Under the pieces are notes generated by a model, which did no database searches, was not told where the DNA came from, and saw only the letters and a list, made by a program, of their open reading frames with translations. This document shows, piece after piece, positions 27,881-36,709 of a stretch of DNA of 64,000 nucleotides (positions within the stretch are counted from its first letter, which is position 1; every line of letters starts with the position of its first letter). The stretch covers positions 96,001 to 160,000 of the forward strand of contig CAXHZO010000001.1 of the NCBI GenBank assembly GCA_964022095.1, written 5' to 3'. A program made the position numbers and the translations under genes. The DNA comes from an uncultured Arcobacteraceae bacterium (GTDB lineage Bacteria > Campylobacterota > Campylobacteria > Campylobacterales > Arcobacteraceae).

Positions 27881-28234
27881 TTAGTTTATTGTTTTAATAT
27901 AAGCAACTACTGCTTTAATTTGTTTATCACTTAACCAACCATTTTTCCCAAATGCTGGCATTTGTGAAATAGGGTTAGTTGTATAAGGATCATAAATTTT
28001 GTCATATAACGCTTGTTCTGGCCAAGCTGATAAATACTGTAATTTAGGTCCCATACTTCCTGGTCCATCAATATTTTTACCATTTGCAGCATGACATGCA
28101 AGACAGTTACCTAAATTTTTAGTATTAAATATCTTTTCACCCTCTTTTACAAGGTTCGCATCTGCTGCAAAACCATTAACTGCAATAAAACCACTAACCG
28201 CGGCTGCAGTTAACACTTTCTTAATTAAAATCAT
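27881..28234 (-). CDS. soxX: Cytochrome c SoxX
   Basis: GNCLACH, GSMGPKL, MPAFG. Confidence 0.95.
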   Translation of the reverse strand: MILIKKVLTAAAVSGFIAVNGFAADANLVKEGEKIFNTKNLGNCLACHAANGKNIDGPGSMGPKLQYLSAWPEQALYDKIYDPYTTNPISQMPAFGKNGWLSDKQIKAVVAYIKTIN

Positions 28235-28254
28235 TGCTCTCTCCTTAATTTGAT

Positions 28255-29460
28255 TTATTTACTTGCTTCAATCATGTAATCAACAATTACTTTGATTTCA
28301 TCATCTGGTGTATCCATATGTCCACCTTTTGGAGGCATTGCATTTATACCATTTAAAGCATTTTTATAAACAACGTCTATTCCTTTTTCAGAAACAACCG
28401 CCCATGCATCTTTATCTCCTACAACTGGAGCTCCAATTGCTTTATTTGCATGACATGCAGAACATTTGGCTTCATATCCAGCTTTTCCTGGATGAATTTT
28501 TCCAGCATCTGCTTTTACTTTTGGTAAAGTTCTTTCAGTAGAAACTGGTTGAACAATTCCATCATCTAAAGGTATCTTGATTTTCATTAATAAATCATCA
28601 ACTGTTTTACCTTTTCCATACTGTTTTTCAAAACAGTTAGTCATACACTTTGTACCTTTTCCATAAATAGTTGGATCAGATAAAAGTTTTCTCATATTTT
28701 CAATACCATCTTGAGGGTTTGCTGTATCCACTTCTGGATAGAAACCATCTGCATTTGGCATTTTTATTTTCATCATTTTTTCTCTATCAAGTACAAACTC
28801 ATCATCAATAGATTCACCTTCATACTCTACCTCATTTACAGATAATAAAAAAGCAGTAATAGCGTAAGTTTCACTATTAGTTAAACTCTTTGGATGAGAG
28901 AAAGGCATCGAATCTTGAATATACCAATATAGTGTACTAGCATACGGCCAATATGAACCTACAGTTCTAATTGGTGTTTCTGGATTTGGTTGTTCATCAG
29001 CTGGATTTAATCTTTGATTTTTTAAAGACTCAACACTACCACCTGATAACATTGGGTAACCTTTTCCACCAATACCATACTCACCGTGACACATTGCACA
29101 TTGTGCATCATATAGTTCTTCACCCCACTCAACTGAACCTTCAGCTTTTTTAGGTTTTCCATCTTCTAAAACTGGTTTACCATGTTTCATGTCATACTTT
29201 GGTAATCCTTCACCATTTGGCTTTACATCAACATCCCAAACAGCAATTTCATTTTTTGTTGCAGCTCTTCCTGAATTGTAATTTTTACCATTTTGGATAG
29301 GAACATAGTATGGTCCATATTTTCCATCTTTTGTTGGATACTTAACTGCACCATCAACTGAAACACCATTTGCTGCACTTAAAGAAGTAGCTAATAGTGC
29401 ACTAACACCTAAAGCTAGAATAGAAGAATTAAGCTTTATTATGTTTTCTAATTTGAACAT
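28255..29460 (-). CDS. soxD: Sulfane dehydrogenase cytochrome subunit SoxD (diheme, C-terminal c5-like domain)
   Basis: CAMCH, RTVGSYWPYAST, MPNADGF, second heme CSACH with MPPKGG. Confidence 0.92.
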   Translation of the reverse strand: MFKLENIIKLNSSILALGVSALLATSLSAANGVSVDGAVKYPTKDGKYGPYYVPIQNGKNYNSGRAATKNEIAVWDVDVKPNGEGLPKYDMKHGKPVLEDGKPKKAEGSVEWGEELYDAQCAMCHGEYGIGGKGYPMLSGGSVESLKNQRLNPADEQPNPETPIRTVGSYWPYASTLYWYIQDSMPFSHPKSLTNSETYAITAFLLSVNEVEYEGESIDDEFVLDREKMMKIKMPNADGFYPEVDTANPQDGIENMRKLLSDPTIYGKGTKCMTNCFEKQYGKGKTVDDLLMKIKIPLDDGIVQPVSTERTLPKVKADAGKIHPGKAGYEAKCSACHANKAIGAPVVGDKDAWAVVSEKGIDVVYKNALNGINAMPPKGGHMDTPDDEIKVIVDYMIEASK

Positions 29461-30763
29461 TGTTACATTCTCCTTTCTTATTAATTTCCCAAGTTACAAT
29501 AGCATTTCTGTGATACACAGATTCAACACCAACAGCTGATGTTTCTTCATCAATTGTAGGTTGGATATTTCCAAAGTCATCAGTTGCTCTTGAAGATAAT
29601 AAAATTGGATTACCATCCCATTTAATTACATAACTAAATCTAGTCCATGATTTTGGTAATACTAAACCTTTAAGACTTGCTTTTTTCCAGTTATCACCAC
29701 CATCAAGTGAAATATCAACACCTGTAATAGTTCCATGACCTGACCATGCAATACCTTCAATTTCTACCATATCACCTTTTTTAAGGTGAGTCCATGGTTT
29801 TTCAGGACAAGGAGAAGTAATAACAGAGTTAACTTCATTTACCCAGAAATATCTAATAGCCTTACCAGATTTTTGTAACATAGTATATTTAGAAGTCTCT
29901 TCTTTAGAGTGCCATGGTTTATCACTAAACTCTAATCTTCTTAACCATTTAGTATTTAAGTTACCTTCCCAACCTGGAACGATTAATCTTACAGGATAAC
30001 CTTGTTCTGCTCTTAATGCTTCACCATTTTGAGCCCAAACAACCATAATATCATCTAATGCTTTTTCAACTGGAATTGATCTAGGATTAGAAGCATTATC
30101 ACTTCCTTCTGCTAGCATCCATACAGCATCTTTTTCTAAACCAACATCTTCTAAAATAGTCTTAAGCATTACACCTGTCCATTGTGCAGAACTCATAAGA
30201 CCTTTCATAAATTGAAGATTATTAAATTGTGGACCTCTCCACTCAGGAGCACCATTTGCAGGACATTCCATAAAGTAAATTCTAGTTTCACTAGGATATC
30301 TTTTTAAATCTTCTAAAGTTAAAACAATCTCTTTTTTAACTTTACCATTTATCATTAGTCTCCACTCTTTTGGATCAATGTGAGCTGTACCTCCATGATC
30401 TCTTACAAAGAATAAACCATTAGGAGTAATAATTCCTTCTGATTCATGTATTGGACACATAGCAACAGAAGCATAATAATCTCCCGAAGAGAAAATTGGG
30501 TGCGTTCTTCTAATATTGTTATGCTCATATGGTGAAGGAACTCCATATAGATACTTATCTACAGGATCACCTAACTTTTGTCCCCAAGGTGCTTCATTCA
30601 TGATTGCAGGATCATCAGCTTTTGCAGAAACTGGTGATATTACACTTGCAGCACTTAAAGCCCCAGCAGAGTAAACAGCTGTTTTCTTAAAAAACTCTCT
30701 TCTTGAAGATTGCTCCAAAGAAGGACTATTTGACTCTTTGTTGAAAATATTAATTTTTTTCAA
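29429..30763 (-). CDS. soxC: Sulfane dehydrogenase molybdoprotein SoxC
   Basis: Tat signal SRREFF; GIITPNGLFF, ECPANG, EQGYPVRL..PGWEGN, SKEETSKYT. Confidence 0.95.
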   Translation of the reverse strand: MKKINIFNKESNSPSLEQSSRREFFKKTAVYSAGALSAASVISPVSAKADDPAIMNEAPWGQKLGDPVDKYLYGVPSPYEHNNIRRTHPIFSSGDYYASVAMCPIHESEGIITPNGLFFVRDHGGTAHIDPKEWRLMINGKVKKEIVLTLEDLKRYPSETRIYFMECPANGAPEWRGPQFNNLQFMKGLMSSAQWTGVMLKTILEDVGLEKDAVWMLAEGSDNASNPRSIPVEKALDDIMVVWAQNGEALRAEQGYPVRLIVPGWEGNLNTKWLRRLEFSDKPWHSKEETSKYTMLQKSGKAIRYFWVNEVNSVITSPCPEKPWTHLKKGDMVEIEGIAWSGHGTITGVDISLDGGDNWKKASLKGLVLPKSWTRFSYVIKWDGNPILLSSRATDDFGNIQPTIDEETSAVGVESVYHRNAIVTWEINKKGECNNVQIRKHNKA

Positions 30764-30819
30764 GCGAGTACCTCCTAAAATTATTTGACAATACTTATAA
30801 AAAATCTTTATCGCCTACT

Positions 30820-30860
30820 ATTATAGTTCTAATAACTTAAAATAAAACTTAAGTTATTAG
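30820..30860 (-). promoter_or_regulatory. Putative sox operon promoter with an overlapping inverted repeat
   Basis: TATAAT on the minus strand at 30820-30825; ctaataacttaa-N8-ttaagttattag at 30829-30860. Confidence 0.6.
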
Positions 30861-31198
30861 TTTTTCTTATTTAACATTGAAAATATATTATAGATAAGTA
30901 GCATTCACGTAGCACCGATAAAATAGTCATATTAGAGTAATTTATGATTATTATAAGCAATAATTTTTAGTGAATAAATATTCATTTTTAAGCTTAATGA
31001 GAAACTTTGACAATAAAAAAAATATTGCATTTTTTTCTTATTTATCAAAGTCTAGAAAAAATTATTTTTATGCCTGAAATACAAGAGTATTTTTGTCAAC
31101 TTAATAAAAGCGCTATACTTAGGCTATTTTATGCAAGTAGTAAATTATTATATTAGATTAGTATGGATTGTTAATTAATAATAAAAGAAGAGAAAAGT

Positions 31199-33253
31199 TT
31201 ATATAGGTTCTTCTTGACTCTCTTCTTTTATGAGTCCTGCTTCATTTAAAAATGGACTAGCTACAAATGTAAGTTTTTTGATTTTATCATATTTTGCGTA
31301 GCTTAAATACAAAATATCTTTAGCTCTAGTAACGGCTACGTAAAAAAGTCTTCTTTCTTCTTCAATACTCCCACCTTTACTCATTAACTTTCTATTTGGA
31401 AATCTTCCATCCATTAGATCAATAACATAAACTTCCTTGAATTCTAGGCCTTTACTAGCATGAATAGATAATAGATTAACTCCATCACCTTCACTCATCT
31501 CTCCACCACCTAGAATCATTGAATTTATAAATTTTGATAAATCATTGAAATTTTTTGATAGATTCTTTAAAAGTAACACTTTTCTATTTAATCTAGCCAA
31601 AGATTTTGCTTTTTGTGTTGGATTTACTGTTCCATCTTTTTGTGTTGCTCTTTTTGTAGATAAAAAATCTTTTAATTTTGAGTACACCATTGAAGCTGTA
31701 ATATTTGCAACTAAAGTCTGAGGGTTTTTAGTTCTTCTTAAATGTTTCATTAATAAATAAAAATCATATAAAAACTTTGCTCCATCTACATTTAACTTTG
31801 GATGTTTTAATATAGGATTACCTAAAAAAGCCTCTTCAAAATTGCAGTCTTTGAATTTAGAAATTGAACCTAATTCTAAGAAGTCATCAAAAAGTCCAAG
31901 TTGCACATTTTTGATTCGTCCTGTCTCATACGGGTTTTTTATATCTTGATTAGGAGAGAATAGTCCTTTTAATAAATCACCATCACCAAGTTTGATCAAA
32001 GCATCAAATATATCTTTAGCAATTGCTTTTCCAATACCTTTCCCATGCTCAATAATATGGATAAATGCCATCATATCATTATGAGATATTTGCATAACTA
32101 GAACATCAATGATGAATTTTACTTCAACAGAATCAAAAAAGCTCATTCCACCTTTTCTTTTAGCTGGAATTCCATACTCTCTTAAGTTTGTTTCAATACC
32201 ATCTGCACTTGAATTGTTTCTATATATAATTGCAATATCTTCATGGGGAGTACTTGTTTTTGCTATTAACTCTGATATGTAGTGGTATTGAGAAAAAAGT
32301 TCATTAAAAGCTAAAAGTTTTGGTCTATACTCTTCTTCTTTTCTAACAACTTCAAGTTTCTTTTCATAAACTCTTTCATTGTATTCAATAACCTTTGTTG
32401 CTAAATCTAAAATAGGCTTAGTAGAACGATAGTTTTTTCTTAATGTAAAAACTTCAGCACCACCATATCGACTTGCAAAAGTTGAAATAATCCCAATATC
32501 TGAACCATTAAAAGCATAAATACTTTGATCATAATCACCTACACAAAATAAAGACTTAGGTCTAAATCCATCTAGAAGTCTTCCTTGAAGGGGGTTTGTA
32601 TCTTGATACTCATCTACTAAAATTTCTTTAAAATCAAACTCTTTTTCTTCTAAAGTTTTTAACATAATTGTTAGTAAGTCATCAAAATTTGCATAACCAT
32701 ATTTTAGTTTTAATTGATTAAACTCATCAACTACATCTTCATAAATCATAGTATATATTTCATGATCAGGATTTTTACCCTTTACCCATGTAGCAAAATC
32801 TTCACCCTCATTTGAGTTTAGATATAAAGAGTACATATCATATAAGTATCCACCATCATATGGATTTACATCTTCTTCTCTTTCATAAAAAACTCTCTTT
32901 TCATAAACTGATCTAAATAATGTTTTTAATTCACTTGGCTGTTTTAAAGAAATATTTACATTTAACTCTTTTAAAAGTTTATATGAAACCGAGTGAAAAG
33001 TTCCTGCCATAATTTGCTTTGCAACATCTTTACCAAAAAACTTTGCAACCCGTGCAACCATCTCAGCTGCTGCTTTATTTGTAAAAGTTAACAATAAGAT
33101 TTCATTTGGTTTTACACCACTATTAATTAAGTTAGCAATACGCCCTACAATAGTAGAGGTTTTACCTGTTCCAGCACTAGCAATAATTAAATTGTAGCCG
33201 CTAGGACAAGTAGCTGCGCTTAGTTGTTCTTCATTTAGATTGGATAATGGCAT
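31199..33253 (-). CDS. UvrD/Rep-family ATP-dependent DNA helicase
   Basis: ASAGTGKT, LTFTNKAA, VDEYQDT, VGDYDQSIY, HASKGLEF, EERRLFYVAVTRAK. Confidence 0.95.
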   Translation of the reverse strand: MPLSNLNEEQLSAATCPSGYNLIIASAGTGKTSTIVGRIANLINSGVKPNEILLLTFTNKAAAEMVARVAKFFGKDVAKQIMAGTFHSVSYKLLKELNVNISLKQPSELKTLFRSVYEKRVFYEREEDVNPYDGGYLYDMYSLYLNSNEGEDFATWVKGKNPDHEIYTMIYEDVVDEFNQLKLKYGYANFDDLLTIMLKTLEEKEFDFKEILVDEYQDTNPLQGRLLDGFRPKSLFCVGDYDQSIYAFNGSDIGIISTFASRYGGAEVFTLRKNYRSTKPILDLATKVIEYNERVYEKKLEVVRKEEEYRPKLLAFNELFSQYHYISELIAKTSTPHEDIAIIYRNNSSADGIETNLREYGIPAKRKGGMSFFDSVEVKFIIDVLVMQISHNDMMAFIHIIEHGKGIGKAIAKDIFDALIKLGDGDLLKGLFSPNQDIKNPYETGRIKNVQLGLFDDFLELGSISKFKDCNFEEAFLGNPILKHPKLNVDGAKFLYDFYLLMKHLRRTKNPQTLVANITASMVYSKLKDFLSTKRATQKDGTVNPTQKAKSLARLNRKVLLLKNLSKNFNDLSKFINSMILGGGEMSEGDGVNLLSIHASKGLEFKEVYVIDLMDGRFPNRKLMSKGGSIEEERRLFYVAVTRAKDILYLSYAKYDKIKKLTFVASPFLNEAGLIKEESQEEPI

Positions 33254-33330
33254 GTGATTAGTTTATTAGTTGTTTAAAAAGATTTATCATTTGCGAATAT
33301 TAGCATAAAAGAATAAAAGTAGATTGAAAT

Positions 33331-33366
33331 AAAAAAAAAGGATGCCTTTGGAGGAAGGCACCCTTT
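33331..33366 (-). terminator. Intrinsic terminator with C-rich loop
   Basis: AAAGGGUGCCUU-CCUCCA-AAGGCAUCCUUU plus U-tract; the G.U pair forms only on the minus strand. Confidence 0.85.
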
Positions 33367-33458
33367 ATACACAAGGAAACATAAAAAAAATTATTTATTT
33401 AAGAAATTCTATCTTAAAAATATTTTGTATAAATAAGTCGCTGCGTCAACCTATCTAT
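33331..33458 (-). ncRNA. Candidate ~130-nt small RNA
   Basis: Extended -10 TGTTATAAT at 33465-33473 (minus strand), no convincing ORF seen, terminator with CCUCCA loop at 33331-33366. Confidence 0.55.
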
Positions 33459-33514
33459 GAGAAAATTATAACAGCTCATGATTAACGCTTTTTTAACATT
33501 TAGTTAATAAATAG

Positions 33515-34060
33515 TTAATGGTTACTTTTTGCAAAAAAACTTTTTAATTTAAGAGATATTATAATTATGCAAACCCCCAAATATAGGAGCTGATAAACAT
33601 CTAATGACTTTTGTGCCATTACCCAATGAATTGTTATTAGTACTAAAGATAAATAAATAAATTTGTGATATTTATTAAATTTTCTAAAAAGCTTTTTACT
33701 TGAAGTAAAAGCCATAAACAATACTATTAAAAAAGCAAAAATTCCAATATAAATAAAAGGTTTATCAATACTTTCTTCAATAATAAAAATTAAATCAAAC
33801 TGTGCATCAAATACTATAAAATTTAGTAAATGCAACAAAGAATAAAAAAAACCATATAAGCCAACACTCTTTCTATATCTTATTAAATTTATTTTGTTTT
33901 TGATTAAAGAAAAACAAACAGAGACAAACAAAATAATAGTTGCACTAACACCTGTTAATGTATAAATATATTTAATAGGATCATTTACATCTTCAAGTAT
34001 AAATAATCTAATTAATAAATACAATAAAGGTGTTAATAAAATTAGATTTAAAATTTTCAT
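33515..34060 (-). CDS. msrQ: Protein-methionine-sulfoxide reductase heme-binding subunit
   Basis: RKSVGLYGFFYSLLH, FTS, HKFIY motifs; downstream of msrP. Confidence 0.9.
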   Translation of the reverse strand: MKILNLILLTPLLYLLIRLFILEDVNDPIKYIYTLTGVSATIILFVSVCFSLIKNKINLIRYRKSVGLYGFFYSLLHLLNFIVFDAQFDLIFIIEESIDKPFIYIGIFAFLIVLFMAFTSSKKLFRKFNKYHKFIYLSLVLITIHWVMAQKSLDVYQLLYLGVCIIIISLKLKSFFAKSNH

Positions 34061-35019
34061 TAAATATACTTTGTTAAGTCCATTCCTTTATATAGTTGAG
34101 CAACTTCTTTTTCGTATCCATTGAACATTAGTGTTTTTTGTTTGAAAAAACTTCCTAAAACTCTTTCTCTTTTTTGAGACCATCTTGGGTGGTCTACATT
34201 TGGATTTACGTTTGCATAAAACCCATACTCTTTTGGGTTTTGCTTTTGCCAAGTATTCATTGGTTCATCTTTTACAAAAGAGATTTTTACAACTGATTTA
34301 ATAGATTTAAAGCCATATTTCCATGGAACAATAAGTCTAATTGGCGCTCCATTTTGTTTTGGCATTTTATCTCCATATAAACCAACAGCTAAAAGTGGTA
34401 AGTCATTTGTAGCTTCATCAATTCTAAGTCCTTCAACATAAGGATAATCTATCACGCCAAAGCTTCCTCTTTTTTGATCTGGGAAACTAAAAGGATCATA
34501 TAATGTTTCAAATCTAACATACTTTGCACTTGATAATGGTTTTACTTTTTTTACAAGATCTTTTAAACCAAACCCAACCCAAGGAACAACCATTGACCAT
34601 CCCTCAACACATCTAAATCTATATATTCGCTCTTCAAGATCAAACATCTTTACTAAATCTTCTAAATATACTTCCATTGGATTTTCTACTTCACCATCAA
34701 TTGTGATTAGCCAATTATCTGTATCTAAGGTATGTGCCATATCTTTTACTCTACTTTGGGTTGTAGTAAATTCATAAAAGTTGTTATGACTTGTAATTTG
34801 ATCATAGGTATTTAGTTTTAAATTTAAAGGATTAGTATCTTTTGTATATTTTAAAGTAGGAGTTGGAATATTTTCTTTTGCTAAAAGTTCTGTTAGAGCA
34901 CTACTTGCAACTAAACTTGCAGCACCTAATTTGATAAAACTTCTTCTTTTTTCAAAAAGTTCTTTAGGAGTTACTTCATTTTCACTAATATGCCAAGATG
35001 GCTTTTTAAGTATTTTCAT
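34060..35019 (-). CDS. msrP: Protein-methionine-sulfoxide reductase catalytic subunit
   Basis: Tat [37 protein letters not shown]. Confidence 0.96.
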   Translation of the reverse strand: MKILKKPSWHISENEVTPKELFEKRRSFIKLGAASLVASSALTELLAKENIPTPTLKYTKDTNPLNLKLNTYDQITSHNNFYEFTTTQSRVKDMAHTLDTDNWLITIDGEVENPMEVYLEDLVKMFDLEERIYRFRCVEGWSMVVPWVGFGLKDLVKKVKPLSSAKYVRFETLYDPFSFPDQKRGSFGVIDYPYVEGLRIDEATNDLPLLAVGLYGDKMPKQNGAPIRLIVPWKYGFKSIKSVVKISFVKDEPMNTWQKQNPKEYGFYANVNPNVDHPRWSQKRERVLGSFFKQKTLMFNGYEKEVAQLYKGMDLTKYI

Positions 35020-35074
35020 TAGAAATCCTTTTTTAATCTTATGAAAGTATAAGGATTTTTTGTAAAGGGTATGT

Positions 35075-35098
35075 TTAGAGGAAATTAAATTCCTCTAA
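35075..35098 (-). terminator. Hairpin downstream of tpx
   Basis: ttagaggaa-attaaa-ttcctctaa. Confidence 0.55.
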
Positions 35099-35101
35099 TC
35101 A

Positions 35102-35620
35102 TTAGTGACAACCACATCCTGTACCACAAGATAATGCTGCGTTTAATGCTGCATCATAGTTTGGTTCTTCTGTAATTTCTGGACAAATTTCTTTGTAAGA
35201 AACAATTCCATCTTTAATTACAAAAATTGCTCTACAAGTAACACCTGCTAATGCACCATCAGCAATTAATACACCGTAAGCATTTGCTAATTCTTTACCT
35301 CTAAAGTCAGAACCTACTTTTAAGTTTTCAATTCCTTCAGTTGTACAAAATCTTTTCATTGCAAATGGTAAGTCCATAGATACAACTACTACTTCAGTAC
35401 CTTCGATTTTTGATGCTTCTTCATTAAATCTTCTAGTTTCTGCTGCACATACAGGAGTATCTAAAGATGGTACTACTACTAAGATTTGTGATTTTGATCC
35501 ACCAACTTGGATATCTGATAAATCTTGAGCTACTACGTTTACTACAGGAGCTTTATCTCCAACATTTACTTCTGTACCTGCTAAGTTTACTAGATTACCT
35601 TTTAAATTAGTTGTTGCCAT
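35102..35620 (-). CDS. tpx: Thiol peroxidase
   Basis: VPSLDTPVC, SMDLPFAMKRFC, EPNYD motifs. Confidence 0.95.
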   Translation of the reverse strand: MATTNLKGNLVNLAGTEVNVGDKAPVVNVVAQDLSDIQVGGSKSQILVVVPSLDTPVCAAETRRFNEEASKIEGTEVVVVSMDLPFAMKRFCTTEGIENLKVGSDFRGKELANAYGVLIADGALAGVTCRAIFVIKDGIVSYKEICPEITEEPNYDAALNAALSCGTGCGCH

Positions 35621-35695
35621 TTTTTTCCTTTTATTATAAATTAATTATTGGAGTTTAATGTAATTAATTTTAAAATAGGATAAAAATAGTCTTAA

Positions 35696-35709
35696 TTGAT
35701 AGTAATCAA
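35696..35709. promoter_or_regulatory. FNR/Crp-family-like box upstream of tpx
   Basis: TTGAT-agta-ATCAA, an exact TTGAT-N4-ATCAA match. Confidence 0.5.
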
Positions 35710-35722
35710 TTTGTAATTGTTA

Positions 35723-36547
35723 CTATTTAACTCTAATTGATGTTTCATCAAGTATGATTTTTTCTTGTTCAATTAGTTTTGTTAATGTTGCTTTGAAAGA
35801 CTTTTTACTAACCCCAAAAGTATCTTTAATATCTTCTGCATCACTTTTATAAGTAAAGTTTAGTTTTCCACCATTTTGTTTTAGAATTTCTAAAACTTTA
35901 TCATCTTTTACTTTTTCGCCAATTTTTTGAAGGCTAATATCAAGTTTATTATCATCTCTTAGTGTTTTTACATAAGCTCTTTTTTTATCGCCTATATTAA
36001 TATTTTCAAAAATCTCATTATGGAAGATCATTCCTTCAAAACTATTGTTTACTATAACTTTAAAACCTAGTGGAGTTTTTGAATAAACCATAATCTCAAC
36101 TTCATCTTTAGCATTTAAACCAGTAATTTTTTCTTGTAATTCATATTTTTGTGAAGCAATTAATCTATTTGTTCTCTCATCTAATTGTAATTGAACAATA
36201 GCACTATCTCCAACTCTAAAAGGTATTTTTTGTCTATTTTTAGGGAAAAGAATATCTTTTGGTAATCCAATATCAACAAAAACTCCAAATTTAGCAGCAT
36301 CAACAACTTCTAAAAAAGCTATTTCTCCTAATTTTGCATATGGTTTAAGTGTAGTTGCAACTGGTCTATCTTCACTATCTGTATATACAAACACATCTAT
36401 GATAGAATCCATCGCCATTGTTTTTGTTACATAGATATTTGGAAGTAAAACTTCTTCTTCATCTGCACTACATAAGTAAAGCCCTGGCTCACTTGCTCTG
36501 TTTATTCTTAGTGAGTTTATCTCACCTATTTTTATTTTTTCATTCAT
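35723..36547 (-). CDS. CvfB-family S1-like RNA-binding protein
   Basis: VFVYTDSEDRPVAT, DIGLPKD, FGVSKKSFK winged-helix end. Confidence 0.9.
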   Translation of the reverse strand: MNEKIKIGEINSLRINRASEPGLYLCSADEEEVLLPNIYVTKTMAMDSIIDVFVYTDSEDRPVATTLKPYAKLGEIAFLEVVDAAKFGVFVDIGLPKDILFPKNRQKIPFRVGDSAIVQLQLDERTNRLIASQKYELQEKITGLNAKDEVEIMVYSKTPLGFKVIVNNSFEGMIFHNEIFENINIGDKKRAYVKTLRDDNKLDISLQKIGEKVKDDKVLEILKQNGGKLNFTYKSDAEDIKDTFGVSKKSFKATLTKLIEQEKIILDETSIRVK

Positions 36548-36709
36548 GGTTATTCCGTCTTTCTATTTAATTGTAATATTTTAGCATAACTTTTCAAAAT
36601 GTATTGAATTTACAATAATTCAAGTTTTCAAACCAATATAAGTTCAGCTTATAAATAATAAGATTGTAAATAAAGTTATTTGGGTATATAATTAGATAAA
36701 GGAGATATT

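Noticed and set aside
30861-31198. Long AT-rich intergenic region upstream of sox as a hidden gene or RNA
   Set aside because: No ORF with RBS, terminator or convincing structure found by eye
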